From IMG/VR virus record IMGVR_UViG_3300006854_000004, positions 1 to 64,000 of that record: a stretch of 64,000 nucleotides of DNA. One strand, written 5' to 3'. The translations under genes and the position numbers were made by a program. This DNA comes from a virus. The notes below the pieces were generated by a model that saw only the letters and a list, made by a program, of their open reading frames with translations, did not search any database and was not told the DNA's origin. Of the stretch, positions 50,438 through 59,794 are shown one piece after another (position 1 is the first letter of the stretch; every line of letters begins with the position of its first letter).

Positions 50438-50694
50438 TGCTGGTCTCCGTTCAGGTGATATCCTGGTTGGTTCGCTCTGTGTCCCTGCTCGCCGCACAGC
50501 GAGCACGTAGCCTGTCTACGTGGATGCCTGACGCGGTTTCCGCAGCTGGTGATCTTACCAGTCTTTACTCGTGTCGCCTTGAGCAGGATCTCATCGCCGC
50601 ACGAACACCGACACAGAACCATCTTCGGTGGGACTCGTAGCAGGACAGTCAGCGTCCCAAACTGCTGACCAACGATGTCGTCCGCTTTGGTCAT
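50434..50694 (-). CDS. small Cys-rich protein (first early gene)
   Basis: 'GQQFGTLTVL...CRCSCG...SCG' plus 'CSLCGEQGH'. The ATG lies only ~10 nt from the -10 element of the promoter at 50705-50734. Confidence 0.5.
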   Translation of the reverse strand: MTKADDIVGQQFGTLTVLLRVPPKMVLCRCSCGDEILLKATRVKTGKITSCGNRVRHPRRQATCSLCGEQGHRANQPGYHLNGDQQ

Positions 50695-50704
50695 AAGATG
50701 GCGT

Positions 50705-50734
50705 ACTTTAACACATGCCCGGGTGTGGATGCAA
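50705..50734 (-). promoter_or_regulatory. leftward early promoter candidate, TTGCAT-N13-TGTGTTA class
   Basis: On the - strand: TCTTGCAT-ccacacccgggca-TGTGTTAAAGT, in the AT-richer divergent region between blocks 2 and 3. Confidence 0.45.
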
Positions 50735-50791
50735 GACCTTTATACTATCGTTACTAACCAACGTGCCCTCCTGTCGCTACTGACAGACAGA

Positions 50792-50802
50792 AGTGTTAAT
50801 GT
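50792..50802 (+). promoter_or_regulatory. possible rightward extended -10 element
   Basis: AGTGTTAATGT on the + strand shares the GTGTTA core. No convincing -35 element. Confidence 0.25.
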
Positions 50803-51048
50803 GTAGCGGCGCCACCCCCGGCGGACGGGTATCACCAGTATCGTGCGCTCCTTGCTGCGTGGGTTGCGGCTCCTGGTTTTCGAGCCGAGTCAGATCCGCC
50901 TCGATCGAGTCGCTCCCCGGCGTCCCAGCCCCGGGCTGTGTACGCGTTGCGCGTGCGCGTGATCGCGCGCGTCTATTACACATGCGCGAGCGCACGAATG
51001 TCCTTGCATTCCGGCGCAAGGTGTGCCCTAGCTGCGCGCAGGGACGTA

Positions 51049-51645
51049 GTGAGCGCCGACGATCCGAAGGATCCGGTTGACCCGTTCGCAGGGCTAGACG
51101 AGGATCCGTTCGCCGCGATCGAGGACGAGCCCGCTCCGGAGCTTCCGGTCGAGCAGTTCGTCGAGGAGCTGGAGCGTCTGATGCTCGCTGGTCACAGCTT
51201 CAGCTCCATCCGCCACTGGGCGATGCGCGAGTACAGCGTCGACAAGGACATGCTGAACCAGCTGATGCAGATGGTTCGGCAGACGTGGGCGCTCGAGTCC
51301 CAGACCGTCGCGCAGACCAAGATCCGCCGCGACCATCTGCGCGTCCGGTACTTCGAGGTCTTCGAAGCCGCGATGGCGAGCGGCGACTTCCTCCCCGCGG
51401 TCAAGGCTCTCGACTCGGTGGCGAAGCTCGATGGTCTCACGTCGCCCGACGTCAACCTGACCCAGGTCAACGTCAACTCCGGAGGCGCGTACACCGGGCA
51501 GATCACGTCCGGCGTGCGCGAGCGGATCGCCCAGCTCGCAGACACCATGCGGCTCCGCGCAGAGCAGCGGTCACTGAAGGCTGCGACTGTCATCGACATC
51601 GCCTCGTCGCTTCCCGAGAAGAAGAAGAACGGGAGCGGTCGATGA
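51049..51645 (+). CDS. terminase small subunit candidate
   Basis: Immediately upstream of the large terminase, with coupled ORFs between. GTG at 51049, with an alternative ATG at 50998. Function is by position only. Confidence 0.45.
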   Translation: MSADDPKDPVDPFAGLDEDPFAAIEDEPAPELPVEQFVEELERLMLAGHSFSSIRHWAMREYSVDKDMLNQLMQMVRQTWALESQTVAQTKIRRDHLRVRYFEVFEAAMASGDFLPAVKALDSVAKLDGLTSPDVNLTQVNVNSGGAYTGQITSGVRERIAQLADTMRLRAEQRSLKAATVIDIASSLPEKKKNGSGR

Positions 51646-51872
51646 AGACGTGGTCGATGGTCACCATCAAGAAGCACTACGACCGTCGCAGTTACGAGGC
51701 TGTCAGGTTCAGGGTCGAGGACCCGACCCACGGCGGATGGTTCACGTTCGACCTGGTCGTGTCCCGCGAGGGCTTCAACGACAAGCGGTATCGTGACGTG
51801 GAGTGGGACGGAGCGTGGTGGGCTCGCGTCTGGCATCGACTCGCTCGACCATTCAGGAGAGTGCGTCGGTGA
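51642..51872 (+). CDS. hypothetical protein
   Basis: ATGA overlap start within track ORF 51285-51872. Confidence 0.5.
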   Translation: MKTWSMVTIKKHYDRRSYEAVRFRVEDPTHGGWFTFDLVVSREGFNDKRYRDVEWDGAWWARVWHRLARPFRRVRR

Positions 51873-52129
51873 GCGACATCAAGACGCATCCGGTGCAGAC
51901 TGAGTGCTGTCACCGCAGCGGCGTCATCCCGAGGAAGGTCTATCTCGCTGCGTACGAGGTCTATGCTGCCGTCTACGGTCCTCAGCAGGCGCTGATCGAG
52001 GGTGGCTGTCGCGGTGGCTTCGGCGTCGGTGAGACGATCGCGCTCCTGTACGCTCGAGCGTTCCCGCGTGAGGAGTGGCGCGCACGCGTCGACGAGGCAC
52101 TGACAGGACTGAGGCTGAACAAGCGATGA
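51869..52129 (+). CDS. hypothetical protein
   Basis: GTGA overlap start. Confidence 0.5.
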   Translation: MSDIKTHPVQTECCHRSGVIPRKVYLAAYEVYAAVYGPQQALIEGGCRGGFGVGETIALLYARAFPREEWRARVDEALTGLRLNKR

Positions 52130-53601
52130 GCGACGCTCTCGGCTTCGACCTGTCCGACATCGACCTGCTATCGCCGGACGAGCAGCTGGAGCTTCTGCAG
52201 AACCTCGAGCAGCTGGTCGGCGGAGAGAGCGCGGCGGAGTTCATCAAGCGCGTCTGGCCGGACGAGCCGTGTCCGAAGCATCTGCTCCCCGTGCTCGATG
52301 CCGTCGAGCGCGCTCGAGTGATGCCAATCCGTCTGTGCATCAGCGTCGGTCCCGGTCACGCGAAGACGACGATCTTGCTCCGTCTGCTCGCGTGGTGGCT
52401 CAGCAAGAGTCCGGCTGACCAGTGCGCCTACGTGACGTACTCGAATCAGCAGGCGATGGACAAGAGCGGCACGTGCCGCGAGTACGCGGAGGACGCTGGC
52501 ATCGAGCTGAGCGGGACGGCGCTCAGTCACTGGTACACGTCGTGGGACGGTGGCGTCATCGCAGCTGGCTCGCGCGGCAAGCTGACGGGTCAGCGCGTCC
52601 CGGGTCTCATCATCTACGACGATCCGTACAAGGATGAGCTGGAAGCTCGAAGCCCGGCGATCAACCACGCGGTCAAGGAGCGCTTCAAGGCGATCGCGTT
52701 CACGCGTCTCCAGGGCGGTAGTGTCATCGTCCTGCACACCAGGTGGTCTGAGGACGACCTGATCGGGTGGCTGACGAAGGACCTCGGATGGGAGTACATC
52801 AATATCCCGACGGTCTGCGACTCCGTCCCGGACATCCTCGGTCGCGAGATGGACGAGGTCGCGTGGCCGGAGAAGTATCCTTACGACCGGTGTCCCGGCA
52901 TGTGCGGCCACGAGGGTCACCTCATCGAGATCCGCGAGACCATCGGCGAGCATCTTTGGGCGGCGATGTACCAGGGTCGTCCGCGCCCGATCGGTCGCGC
53001 GGTGTTCCACGAGCCGGCTCGCTTCCGACTGAACGACGACAAGAAGACCGGAGAGAAGTCGCAGTTCACCTGGACGGGGAAGCGAGGGTGCATCGCCATC
53101 GACCCGGCGGCGACGGCTAAGACGTCCGCCGACTACTCCGTCCTCGCGGTCTGTGCGATCGAGGGGTTCGGCGCTCGCTCGACGATGTACATCGTGGACC
53201 TGATCCGGACGCAGTGCGAGATCCCGGAGCTGATCACCATCGCGCGACGCCTTCAGCTCCAGTACAGGCTGATGGTCGCGTGCGAGGCGATCGGCGGCTT
53301 CAAGGCGGTCCCTCAGTCCCTCCGTCGCATGGACCCGACCCTCAGGGTCTACGACATCGACGTCGGCACGAAGGACAAGCTGACGCGCGCTCTGCCGGCG
53401 AGCGCTGCGTGGAATCAGGGTCGCATCCTCGTTCCCATGGACACTCCGTGGGCCGACCGTCTCATCGACGAGATGCGGCTCTTCACCGGAGCCGGCGACA
53501 AGCACGACGATCAGGTGGACGCGATCGCGCACGCGTGGAACGTGCTCTATCGCGGCGCGCCGAAGACGACCCAGGACGACTACGCCGCGGGAGGCATGTG
53601 A
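52126..53601 (+). CDS. terL: terminase large subunit
   Basis: ATGA overlap start. Walker A-like 'SVGPGHAKTT' and Walker B-like 'LIIYDDPYKD'. C-terminal nuclease-like region 'IAIDPA...DDQVDA'. ~490 aa. Confidence 0.8.
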   Translation: MSDALGFDLSDIDLLSPDEQLELLQNLEQLVGGESAAEFIKRVWPDEPCPKHLLPVLDAVERARVMPIRLCISVGPGHAKTTILLRLLAWWLSKSPADQCAYVTYSNQQAMDKSGTCREYAEDAGIELSGTALSHWYTSWDGGVIAAGSRGKLTGQRVPGLIIYDDPYKDELEARSPAINHAVKERFKAIAFTRLQGGSVIVLHTRWSEDDLIGWLTKDLGWEYINIPTVCDSVPDILGREMDEVAWPEKYPYDRCPGMCGHEGHLIEIRETIGEHLWAAMYQGRPRPIGRAVFHEPARFRLNDDKKTGEKSQFTWTGKRGCIAIDPAATAKTSADYSVLAVCAIEGFGARSTMYIVDLIRTQCEIPELITIARRLQLQYRLMVACEAIGGFKAVPQSLRRMDPTLRVYDIDVGTKDKLTRALPASAAWNQGRILVPMDTPWADRLIDEMRLFTGAGDKHDDQVDAIAHAWNVLYRGAPKTTQDDYAAGGM

Positions 53602-53831
53602 TGACGGACACGGCAGAGCGTCTCAAGGACGTCAGCGAATTCGCGTGCGAGGAAGTCACCGCATCCGCCGCTCCGGTCGTCGCTCGCACGCGGACCGATC
53701 TGGAGAGCGCGGAGATCGAGATCGAGCTGGCCGACAACGAGCAGGCGGCGAACTTCTTCGAGCGCGTCGCGCTGATCCTGCGTCGGGGCGAGCGCGTACG
53801 CGTGCGAGTCAGCATCAAGGAGCCACGATGA
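53601..53831 (+). CDS. hypothetical protein
   Basis: TGATG 1-nt overlap. Confidence 0.5.
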   Translation: MTDTAERLKDVSEFACEEVTASAAPVVARTRTDLESAEIEIELADNEQAANFFERVALILRRGERVRVRVSIKEPR

Positions 53832-54289
53832 GCGACCCACTCAAGCCAGTCCCTTCCCAGATCGGGTCCGTTACGGGTGTCGATCGCATGGACACACTCG
53901 ATCGACAGAAACTTGACTATCGCACGAAGCTCGAACTGCTCTGTCAGGAGATGAAGGCCAAACTCGGACGCGATCCTCGGTCGGGCGGCTTCGCCTTCGT
54001 CGCTCGCCCGCGGGTGATCCTCCAGCTTCTGAAGGACGCCCATCCCGGGACGCTCGCGTGCGAGATCCAGATGGAGCGACCGGTCATCGCTGGTCGCACT
54101 GGAGCCGACGTCGTGGGCTTCTGGAATGGCATCCCCATCATCGTCCGCTCGTCCACGGTCGGCGACAACCTGATCTGCATCCGGGTCGACAAGATCCCCG
54201 AGTCGCATCAGGTGGACCGCCGTCGCGCGGGCGAGCTGCGCATGGCGGCTCACTACAACAAGCTGGACGTTCTGGTGGGCGATCCGTGA
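53828..54289 (+). CDS. hypothetical protein
   Basis: ATGA overlap. Confidence 0.5.
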   Translation: MSDPLKPVPSQIGSVTGVDRMDTLDRQKLDYRTKLELLCQEMKAKLGRDPRSGGFAFVARPRVILQLLKDAHPGTLACEIQMERPVIAGRTGADVVGFWNGIPIIVRSSTVGDNLICIRVDKIPESHQVDRRRAGELRMAAHYNKLDVLVGDP

Positions 54290-54711
54290 TCAAGCAGACG
54301 GCTCCGTATCCGCTCGCCCTTCGGTCGCTGATAAGCCGACTGAGGTACAAGGCCGGATGGTTCTTCGAACTGCTCGATGACTTCGACCGCGGTCAGGACT
54401 CTCAGGGCATGACCCTGGTCATCAGCATCAACGTCCCGAACAGCTACGACGAGTCCCAGGGCTTCGTCGTCAACCACTACATGATCGTTCCCGCCGCGTC
54501 GTACAACGAGGCGTCGTGGCGACGGTGGCTCTTCGACCAGATCGTGCTGGTCGAGACGCACGAGGCGATGGAGTTCTTCAAGATCGACGGCTCCCGTCCC
54601 TACGCGCCGAACCACACACCGGGGAACGAGCCATACGTCGTCCGCGAGACCTGCTCGCTCGAGGACGCGAAGCGAGACGAGCACGGCATACCACGAGACG
54701 TGGAGGTCTAG
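54286..54711 (+). CDS. hypothetical protein
   Basis: GTGA overlap. Confidence 0.5.
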   Translation: MIKQTAPYPLALRSLISRLRYKAGWFFELLDDFDRGQDSQGMTLVISINVPNSYDESQGFVVNHYMIVPAASYNEASWRRWLFDQIVLVETHEAMEFFKIDGSRPYAPNHTPGNEPYVVRETCSLEDAKRDEHGIPRDVEV

Positions 54712-54714
54712 TCC

Positions 54715-56715
54715 ATGGATACGTTCGCCCTCGACCTACCGACGCAGCCAGCGGAGAAGCCCGGCATCCTGCTGAAGCGACTGAAGCAGAACCATCCGCG
54801 ACTCGACCTCAACAGGGTCAAGATCCTGCACGCTCTCTATCGCGGCGGGAGGTACCTGCTCGGCGACGACAACGTCCTCCAGCAGGTGATGCCGAAGTAC
54901 GCTCACGAGAAGGCTCTGGTATACGACGAGCGTCGGAAGCGAGCTTTCTACGAGAACATCTTCGCTCAGGTCATCAACCAGATCAGCGCTGGTCTGGCTC
55001 AGGACCCGATCCGCATCCTCCAGGAGATCGAGACGATCGAGGAGAAGCCGGACGACGACGAGCAGGTCGCGAAGCCGCCCACACCGGGCGAGAACCCGTT
55101 CGCCAAGAAGGACGACGAGGAGAAACCGGACCCGAAGAAGGATCCCAAGTCCGAGGACGCTCCGGACAAGAAGCCGCCGTTCCCGCCGAAGCCTCCGGTC
55201 CCGCCGTCGCCGTTCGGTGGACCGCCTCAGCCTCCGAAGCCGACCATCAAGCTGGTCGAAGAGAAGATCGACGACTACTGGCACGACCTGATCGAGAACG
55301 CCACCGCTCTCAGTGAGGACGGCTCCACGCACCGCTCGCTGGATCAGGTGATCCGGGACGTCGCCGTGGAAGCTCTCGTGACTGGATGGGGATGGCTCCA
55401 GGCCGATCTGCCGAAGCCGGACGACGAGCTGCCGACGTCGCTCGCCGAGCAGGAGGAGTCGGGTGCTCTCCGCGCGTATCTCGTCCCGTGGTCCACCGAG
55501 CGGGTCACCGACTGGGAGGAGCACGACGGTCGCATCCTCTGGGTCCGGACGTACTCGTGCGAGGTGCGCGCCGACGATCCGTCCGCGCTGCGCGACACGA
55601 AGAAGCACGTCTGGACCATCTGGGACGACAAGACCTGGACGCGGTACGAGCTGATCGAGAAACGCAATCAGCAGATGCCGAACGACGAGACGCCGATCAT
55701 GCCCGCGTCGTCGGGCGATCACACGTTCGGTCGCGTCCCGTGGGTCAGGCTCGACCTGTGTCTCGAGGACTCGGCGCACCTCCACATCGGCGACATCATC
55801 GAGTCGCTGTGCAGGAATTACTTCAACCGGCAGAACGGCGAGTCCTTCCAGTGGACGCAGTTCTACTATCAGCAGCTGTACGAATTCCTCGGTCCGGAGA
55901 TCGCCGGTATCGACACGATGGTCAGCGAGGCGCAGACCGACACGAACCGAGCGAAGCGCGTGCGCGCCCCGGGCGAGGTGCACGTCCGCGGAGCCGAGGA
56001 CCGCGCGGAGTTCGTCGGGCCGAACATGGCCGGAGCCGAGGCCGGTCGCAACGCTCTTCAGGACATCAGGGACGCCATCCTCCGCATCGTCGCCCAGATG
56101 GCGCTCGCCCAGGATACGTCGGGCGCTATGATCCGCCGCTCCGGCGACAGTAAGCGACAGGACTCGGTCGCTCAGGAGATCGTGCTCGGTGCCATCGGCA
56201 AGAAGCTGGTGACGCTCGCGAACCACACGGTCGAGCTACTCGCTGACGGTCGCGGTGACACGGAGGAGCCGCCCAAGATGGTCGGCTATCAGCACTTCGA
56301 CGTGACGGACGCGGACACGATCGTCAACCGCGGCGTCCTCGTCGAGACGCTGGACATCCCGTCGGCGACGTACCAGATCGAGCGCAAGTGGCAGATCGCC
56401 GTCGCCGATCTCGGCGAGAGCATCGACTCCGAGACGAAGCGGAAGATCAAGGAGGAGCTGAGCCAGTCCATCACGCAGGACCAGCTGACTGCACCCGAGA
56501 TCCCGCCCGGCTTCGGCGAGCCGCCGTTCGGCGCCGACCCGAACGCTCCGCCGAAGGACGGTCAGCCGCCTCCGTTCGGCGCGAAGCCAGGTGCTCCGCC
56601 GTTCGGCCAGAAGCCGGGTGCGAAGCCGCCGTTCGGGAAGAAGCCGCCGTTCGGCGCGAGCGGTCCGAAGAAGCCGTTCCCTCCGAAGAAGCCGATGGGT
56701 AGAAAGTTCCCTTGA
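54715..56715 (+). CDS. portal protein with Pro/Lys-rich insert and PPFG-repeat tail
   Basis: 666 aa, between terminase and the Mu-F-like gene. GGAGG lies before the ATG. Low-complexity segments at nt 55042-55246 and 56500-56712. Confidence 0.6.
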   Translation: MDTFALDLPTQPAEKPGILLKRLKQNHPRLDLNRVKILHALYRGGRYLLGDDNVLQQVMPKYAHEKALVYDERRKRAFYENIFAQVINQISAGLAQDPIRILQEIETIEEKPDDDEQVAKPPTPGENPFAKKDDEEKPDPKKDPKSEDAPDKKPPFPPKPPVPPSPFGGPPQPPKPTIKLVEEKIDDYWHDLIENATALSEDGSTHRSLDQVIRDVAVEALVTGWGWLQADLPKPDDELPTSLAEQEESGALRAYLVPWSTERVTDWEEHDGRILWVRTYSCEVRADDPSALRDTKKHVWTIWDDKTWTRYELIEKRNQQMPNDETPIMPASSGDHTFGRVPWVRLDLCLEDSAHLHIGDIIESLCRNYFNRQNGESFQWTQFYYQQLYEFLGPEIAGIDTMVSEAQTDTNRAKRVRAPGEVHVRGAEDRAEFVGPNMAGAEAGRNALQDIRDAILRIVAQMALAQDTSGAMIRRSGDSKRQDSVAQEIVLGAIGKKLVTLANHTVELLADGRGDTEEPPKMVGYQHFDVTDADTIVNRGVLVETLDIPSATYQIERKWQIAVADLGESIDSETKRKIKEELSQSITQDQLTAPEIPPGFGEPPFGADPNAPPKDGQPPPFGAKPGAPPFGQKPGAKPPFGKKPPFGASGPKKPFPPKKPMGRKFP

Positions 56716-57614
56716 GCTTTCGCTCCGCCATAGCGGAGAATCGCCGCGCGGTCATGGACCTGTCCGACCCGGAGCTGGAGGACGTTCTGCCGGTCCTCTA
56801 CGACATCCGCTCGGAGGTCGCCGAGGCGCTCAAGGACTTCCTGAAGCGCGAGGATCCGGCGAGCGAGTACTCGCTCCAGAAGCATCGAGCTTTGGTCGTG
56901 CAGCTGGACGACGCCATCAAGACTGCCGAGGAGGATCTGCCTCGCGCGACCGTGCGCGAGCTGAGGGGCGGAGCGGCGAAGACCGGACGCATCAGCATCG
57001 AGAAGCTTCGGCGCATGGTCGAGGAGGGAGAGCGTCGGTTCGCCGGCGCGGCTAGCTCGCTGCGCATCCCGGTCGCTAAGGTCCTGACGAACGTGGACCG
57101 CACTATGATGGGTCGCTACGCGTACCGGAGTCAGCGCTACGCTGGCGACGTCGGTCGGCGTATCCGCAACGATCTAGCGACGGGCGTCATCCGTGGCGAG
57201 TCGATCGACCAGCTGGCGAAGCGTCTGCTCGGCGGTCGCTACACCGCTACGGCGAAGCGCGGCGCGACCGCAGTCGCGGACGGCATGGCCGACTCGATGT
57301 TCTTCAGGAACAAGGCCGACGCCGAGCGGCTCGTCCGTACCGAGATGGTCAACGCGTACACGGAGAACCAGCTCGAGTCGATGAAGCAGCTGAACGAGGA
57401 CGACCCAGGGTGGAAGAAGATGTGGGACGCGGCGAACGACATGCGCGTCTGTCCGCTCTGCTACGACCTCGACGAGCAGGTCGTCGACTACGACAAGAAC
57501 TTCAAGGGTGGCATCAAGGGTCCACCACTGCACCCCAACGATCGGTGTTCGATCGTCCCATGGCACGAACGGTGGAGCGCTTCGGGGGTCGCTCCCTCAA
57601 CAGCAGCGGGATAG
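56712..57614 (+). CDS. Mu gpF-like / SPP1 gp7-like minor head protein
   Basis: TTGA overlap start. 'VCPLCYDL...GPPLHPNDRCSIVPW' matches the Phage_Mu_F C-terminal signature. Confidence 0.75.
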   Translation: MSFRSAIAENRRAVMDLSDPELEDVLPVLYDIRSEVAEALKDFLKREDPASEYSLQKHRALVVQLDDAIKTAEEDLPRATVRELRGGAAKTGRISIEKLRRMVEEGERRFAGAASSLRIPVAKVLTNVDRTMMGRYAYRSQRYAGDVGRRIRNDLATGVIRGESIDQLAKRLLGGRYTATAKRGATAVADGMADSMFFRNKADAERLVRTEMVNAYTENQLESMKQLNEDDPGWKKMWDAANDMRVCPLCYDLDEQVVDYDKNFKGGIKGPPLHPNDRCSIVPWHERWSASGVAPSTAAG

Positions 57615-57625
57615 GAGAAAGACGT

Positions 57626-58429
57626 ATGAGGATCAAGAGGAACGGATCTGGAGCGTATCACCTGGGCATGTTCGGTCGTCCGCGCATGCTCCTTCAGCGC
57701 GCCGGAGAGGGCGGCGGATCTGGCGGTGGCGAGGGCGGCGATGACGGGGACGAGGACAAGGCGTTCACGGAGAAGTTCAACAAGCTCTTCCACAAGGCGA
57801 TGGGCGAGCGGGACAGTCGGCTCGAGAAGAAGCTGATGAAGAACTTCGAGACGTCGCTCGGAGCAAAGCTCGAAGAGATGACGACGAAGCTGTCGGAGAC
57901 GATGCAGCTGAAGACGAAGGAGGGCGAGCCCGGTGAGGGTGGCAGCGACAAGGCGCGCGGGAAGGACGGGAAGTTCATGCCTCCCGAGATGGCTGCCGAG
58001 ATCGCCAAGATCAAGAAGGACGCGCAGGACGCTCGCGAGATGGCGGAGAAGTTCAAGAAGCAGGCCGAGGACGAGAAGACCGCTCGCGCCAAGACCGAGG
58101 AGCGGCAGATGCTCGTCACTGCTCTCAGCGGGAAGGTCAAGCCGTCGCTGATCGACATGGTCGTCGACCAGCTGCACGCGAAGCACGTCACGCGCGACCC
58201 GGACACTGGCAAGGTGCTCTGGAAGGGAGACGGCGACGACGTGCTGCCGTTCACCGACGGCGTGGTCGCGTGGACCAAGTCGGACTTCGGCAAGGAGGTC
58301 GCTCCGCCGCGCGAGGCTCGCGGGTCGGGTGGTCGCGGCGGTCAGGGGGACGACGGTGGTCAGAAGGGACCGATGACCTACGATCAGCTCGGGGCCATCA
58401 TCTCCGGCTCGATCAGCCAGCAGCGATAA
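57626..58429 (+). CDS. scaffolding protein candidate
   Basis: AGGAGAAAG lies before ATG 57626. Charged, helical, low-complexity sequence located just before the capsid gene. Confidence 0.55.
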   Translation: MRIKRNGSGAYHLGMFGRPRMLLQRAGEGGGSGGGEGGDDGDEDKAFTEKFNKLFHKAMGERDSRLEKKLMKNFETSLGAKLEEMTTKLSETMQLKTKEGEPGEGGSDKARGKDGKFMPPEMAAEIAKIKKDAQDAREMAEKFKKQAEDEKTARAKTEERQMLVTALSGKVKPSLIDMVVDQLHAKHVTRDPDTGKVLWKGDGDDVLPFTDGVVAWTKSDFGKEVAPPREARGSGGRGGQGDDGGQKGPMTYDQLGAIISGSISQQR

Positions 58430-58451
58430 CGACGATTCCACCAGATCACTC

Positions 58452-58480
58452 TTGCGGCGCCGCAAACGCCGTGTTAGTGG
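58452..58480 (+). promoter_or_regulatory. possible promoter upstream of the capsid gene
   Basis: TTGCGG - 17 nt - TAGTGG, with a CGTGTTAG core similar to the early promoter class. It overlaps the palindrome TTGCGGCGCCGCAA. Confidence 0.25.
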
Positions 58481-58625
58481 AAAATTTAGACAGCAAACTT
58501 TACTCCTGAGGCGCAAGGTGGAGCGCTGAGGGAGGCTCGCCGGCTCGGCGTTAAAGAGCGCTTCGCATGGTCCTGCGTCACGGGCCGTTCGCTAGGAGCA
58601 CTCTTCAACACCGGAGCCGGAGGCC

Positions 58626-59708
58626 ATGACAACTATCGATACCAGTCTTCTGAACCCTGCCCTCGAGCAGTTCATCCGCCAGGCGGTCGTCAAGCAGTAC
58701 AACCGCTCGCACGTCACGACCAACCTGATCCGCAAGGAGTCGGGTATGGGCAAGAACCTCGCGTGGGACGTGTCGGTCGGTACCGCGACCGGCCAGGTCT
58801 TCGACGAGGGCGAGACCGTCTCGACGTTCAACGCCGACACGGAGCTGCTCGCGACCCTTCCGTGGGCCGAGTACGGCGACGCGTTCAAGATCACGGGTCG
58901 TGCGGAGGACGGCGCGCAGTTCTCGCGCACCGAACTCGGCTCGACGTGGGCGTTCAAGATGACCCAGGCCCGTGAGCGCGCGGCCGAGAAGGTCAACGTC
59001 GACGTCTGGTCCGGCGACGGATCTGGCTCGCCGCAGAAGCTGTTCGGCCTGACGATGGGGTCGGGCGGTCCGCTGTCGGCGTCCGGCACGTACGCCGGTA
59101 CGCTGAACCGCGGCACGTACTCGCAGGTCCAGGGCATCACGCTGGCGAACGGCGGCATCCCGCGCGCCGTCAACCTCAGCCTGATCGAGCAGGGCTTCGA
59201 GTACGTCTTCAACGCGTCCTCGAAGACGCCGACCTTCGGCGTGACGACGGCGAACATCTGGCGTCAGCTCTGCGAGCTTCCGTCGGATCAGCGCCGGATC
59301 CTGCAGGAGGTCTACATCCGCGGCGAGAAGCTGACGATGTCCATGGGCTTCCACGCCGTCGAGATCAACGGCGTCCCCGTGTTCAAGGACGTGTCGGTTC
59401 CCGCCGGCTACCTCGGGTTCTTCTGCGATGACTGCATCGCGATGGAGTACCTGCCGACCGCTCCGGCGCGCATCGCCCGCGGCAAGATCATGGCGACGGT
59501 CCCGCTCGCCGGGACGCCGCAGGAGCAGGGTCAGGACTTCTTCAACCTCCCGCCCGGGGCGAACGTCCCGCTCGTCGCGAACATCATCGCTCTCCCGAGC
59601 GCTGGTAACTTCGAGGCGTGGATGATCGACGCGACCATCGGCCTGAAGGTCACGCGTCCGAACGCGCACTTCCTCATCAAGGATCTCGCGACTCGCATCG
59701 AGTCCTGA
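58626..59708 (+). CDS. major capsid protein candidate
   Basis: 360 aa. GGAGG lies before the ATG. It follows the scaffold gene and is followed by a strong stem-loop. No motif was verified. Confidence 0.6.
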   Translation: MTTIDTSLLNPALEQFIRQAVVKQYNRSHVTTNLIRKESGMGKNLAWDVSVGTATGQVFDEGETVSTFNADTELLATLPWAEYGDAFKITGRAEDGAQFSRTELGSTWAFKMTQARERAAEKVNVDVWSGDGSGSPQKLFGLTMGSGGPLSASGTYAGTLNRGTYSQVQGITLANGGIPRAVNLSLIEQGFEYVFNASSKTPTFGVTTANIWRQLCELPSDQRRILQEVYIRGEKLTMSMGFHAVEINGVPVFKDVSVPAGYLGFFCDDCIAMEYLPTAPARIARGKIMATVPLAGTPQEQGQDFFNLPPGANVPLVANIIALPSAGNFEAWMIDATIGLKVTRPNAHFLIKDLATRIES

Positions 59709-59723
59709 TCGGTGATCTAGCGT

Positions 59724-59760
59724 CTGTCCGCGACTGCCGTCCGGTGTGCGTCGCGGATAG
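59724..59760 (+). terminator. stem-loop after the capsid gene
   Basis: 11-bp stem CTGTCCGCGAC/GTCGCGGATAG (one G:U pair) with a 15-nt loop. No T-run. Confidence 0.45.
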
Positions 59761-59794
59761 TCCTAGCTCCCTGATCAACCAACGGAGGACTCAG

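Noticed and set aside
50803-51048. The GC-rich region upstream of the small terminase, with several palindromes (e.g. CCTTGC-N8-GCAAGG at 51002-51021), considered as a cos/pac site.
   Set aside because: I saw no repeated terminase-binding motifs or recognisable cos-type sequence. A packaging site cannot be assigned without end-mapping data.
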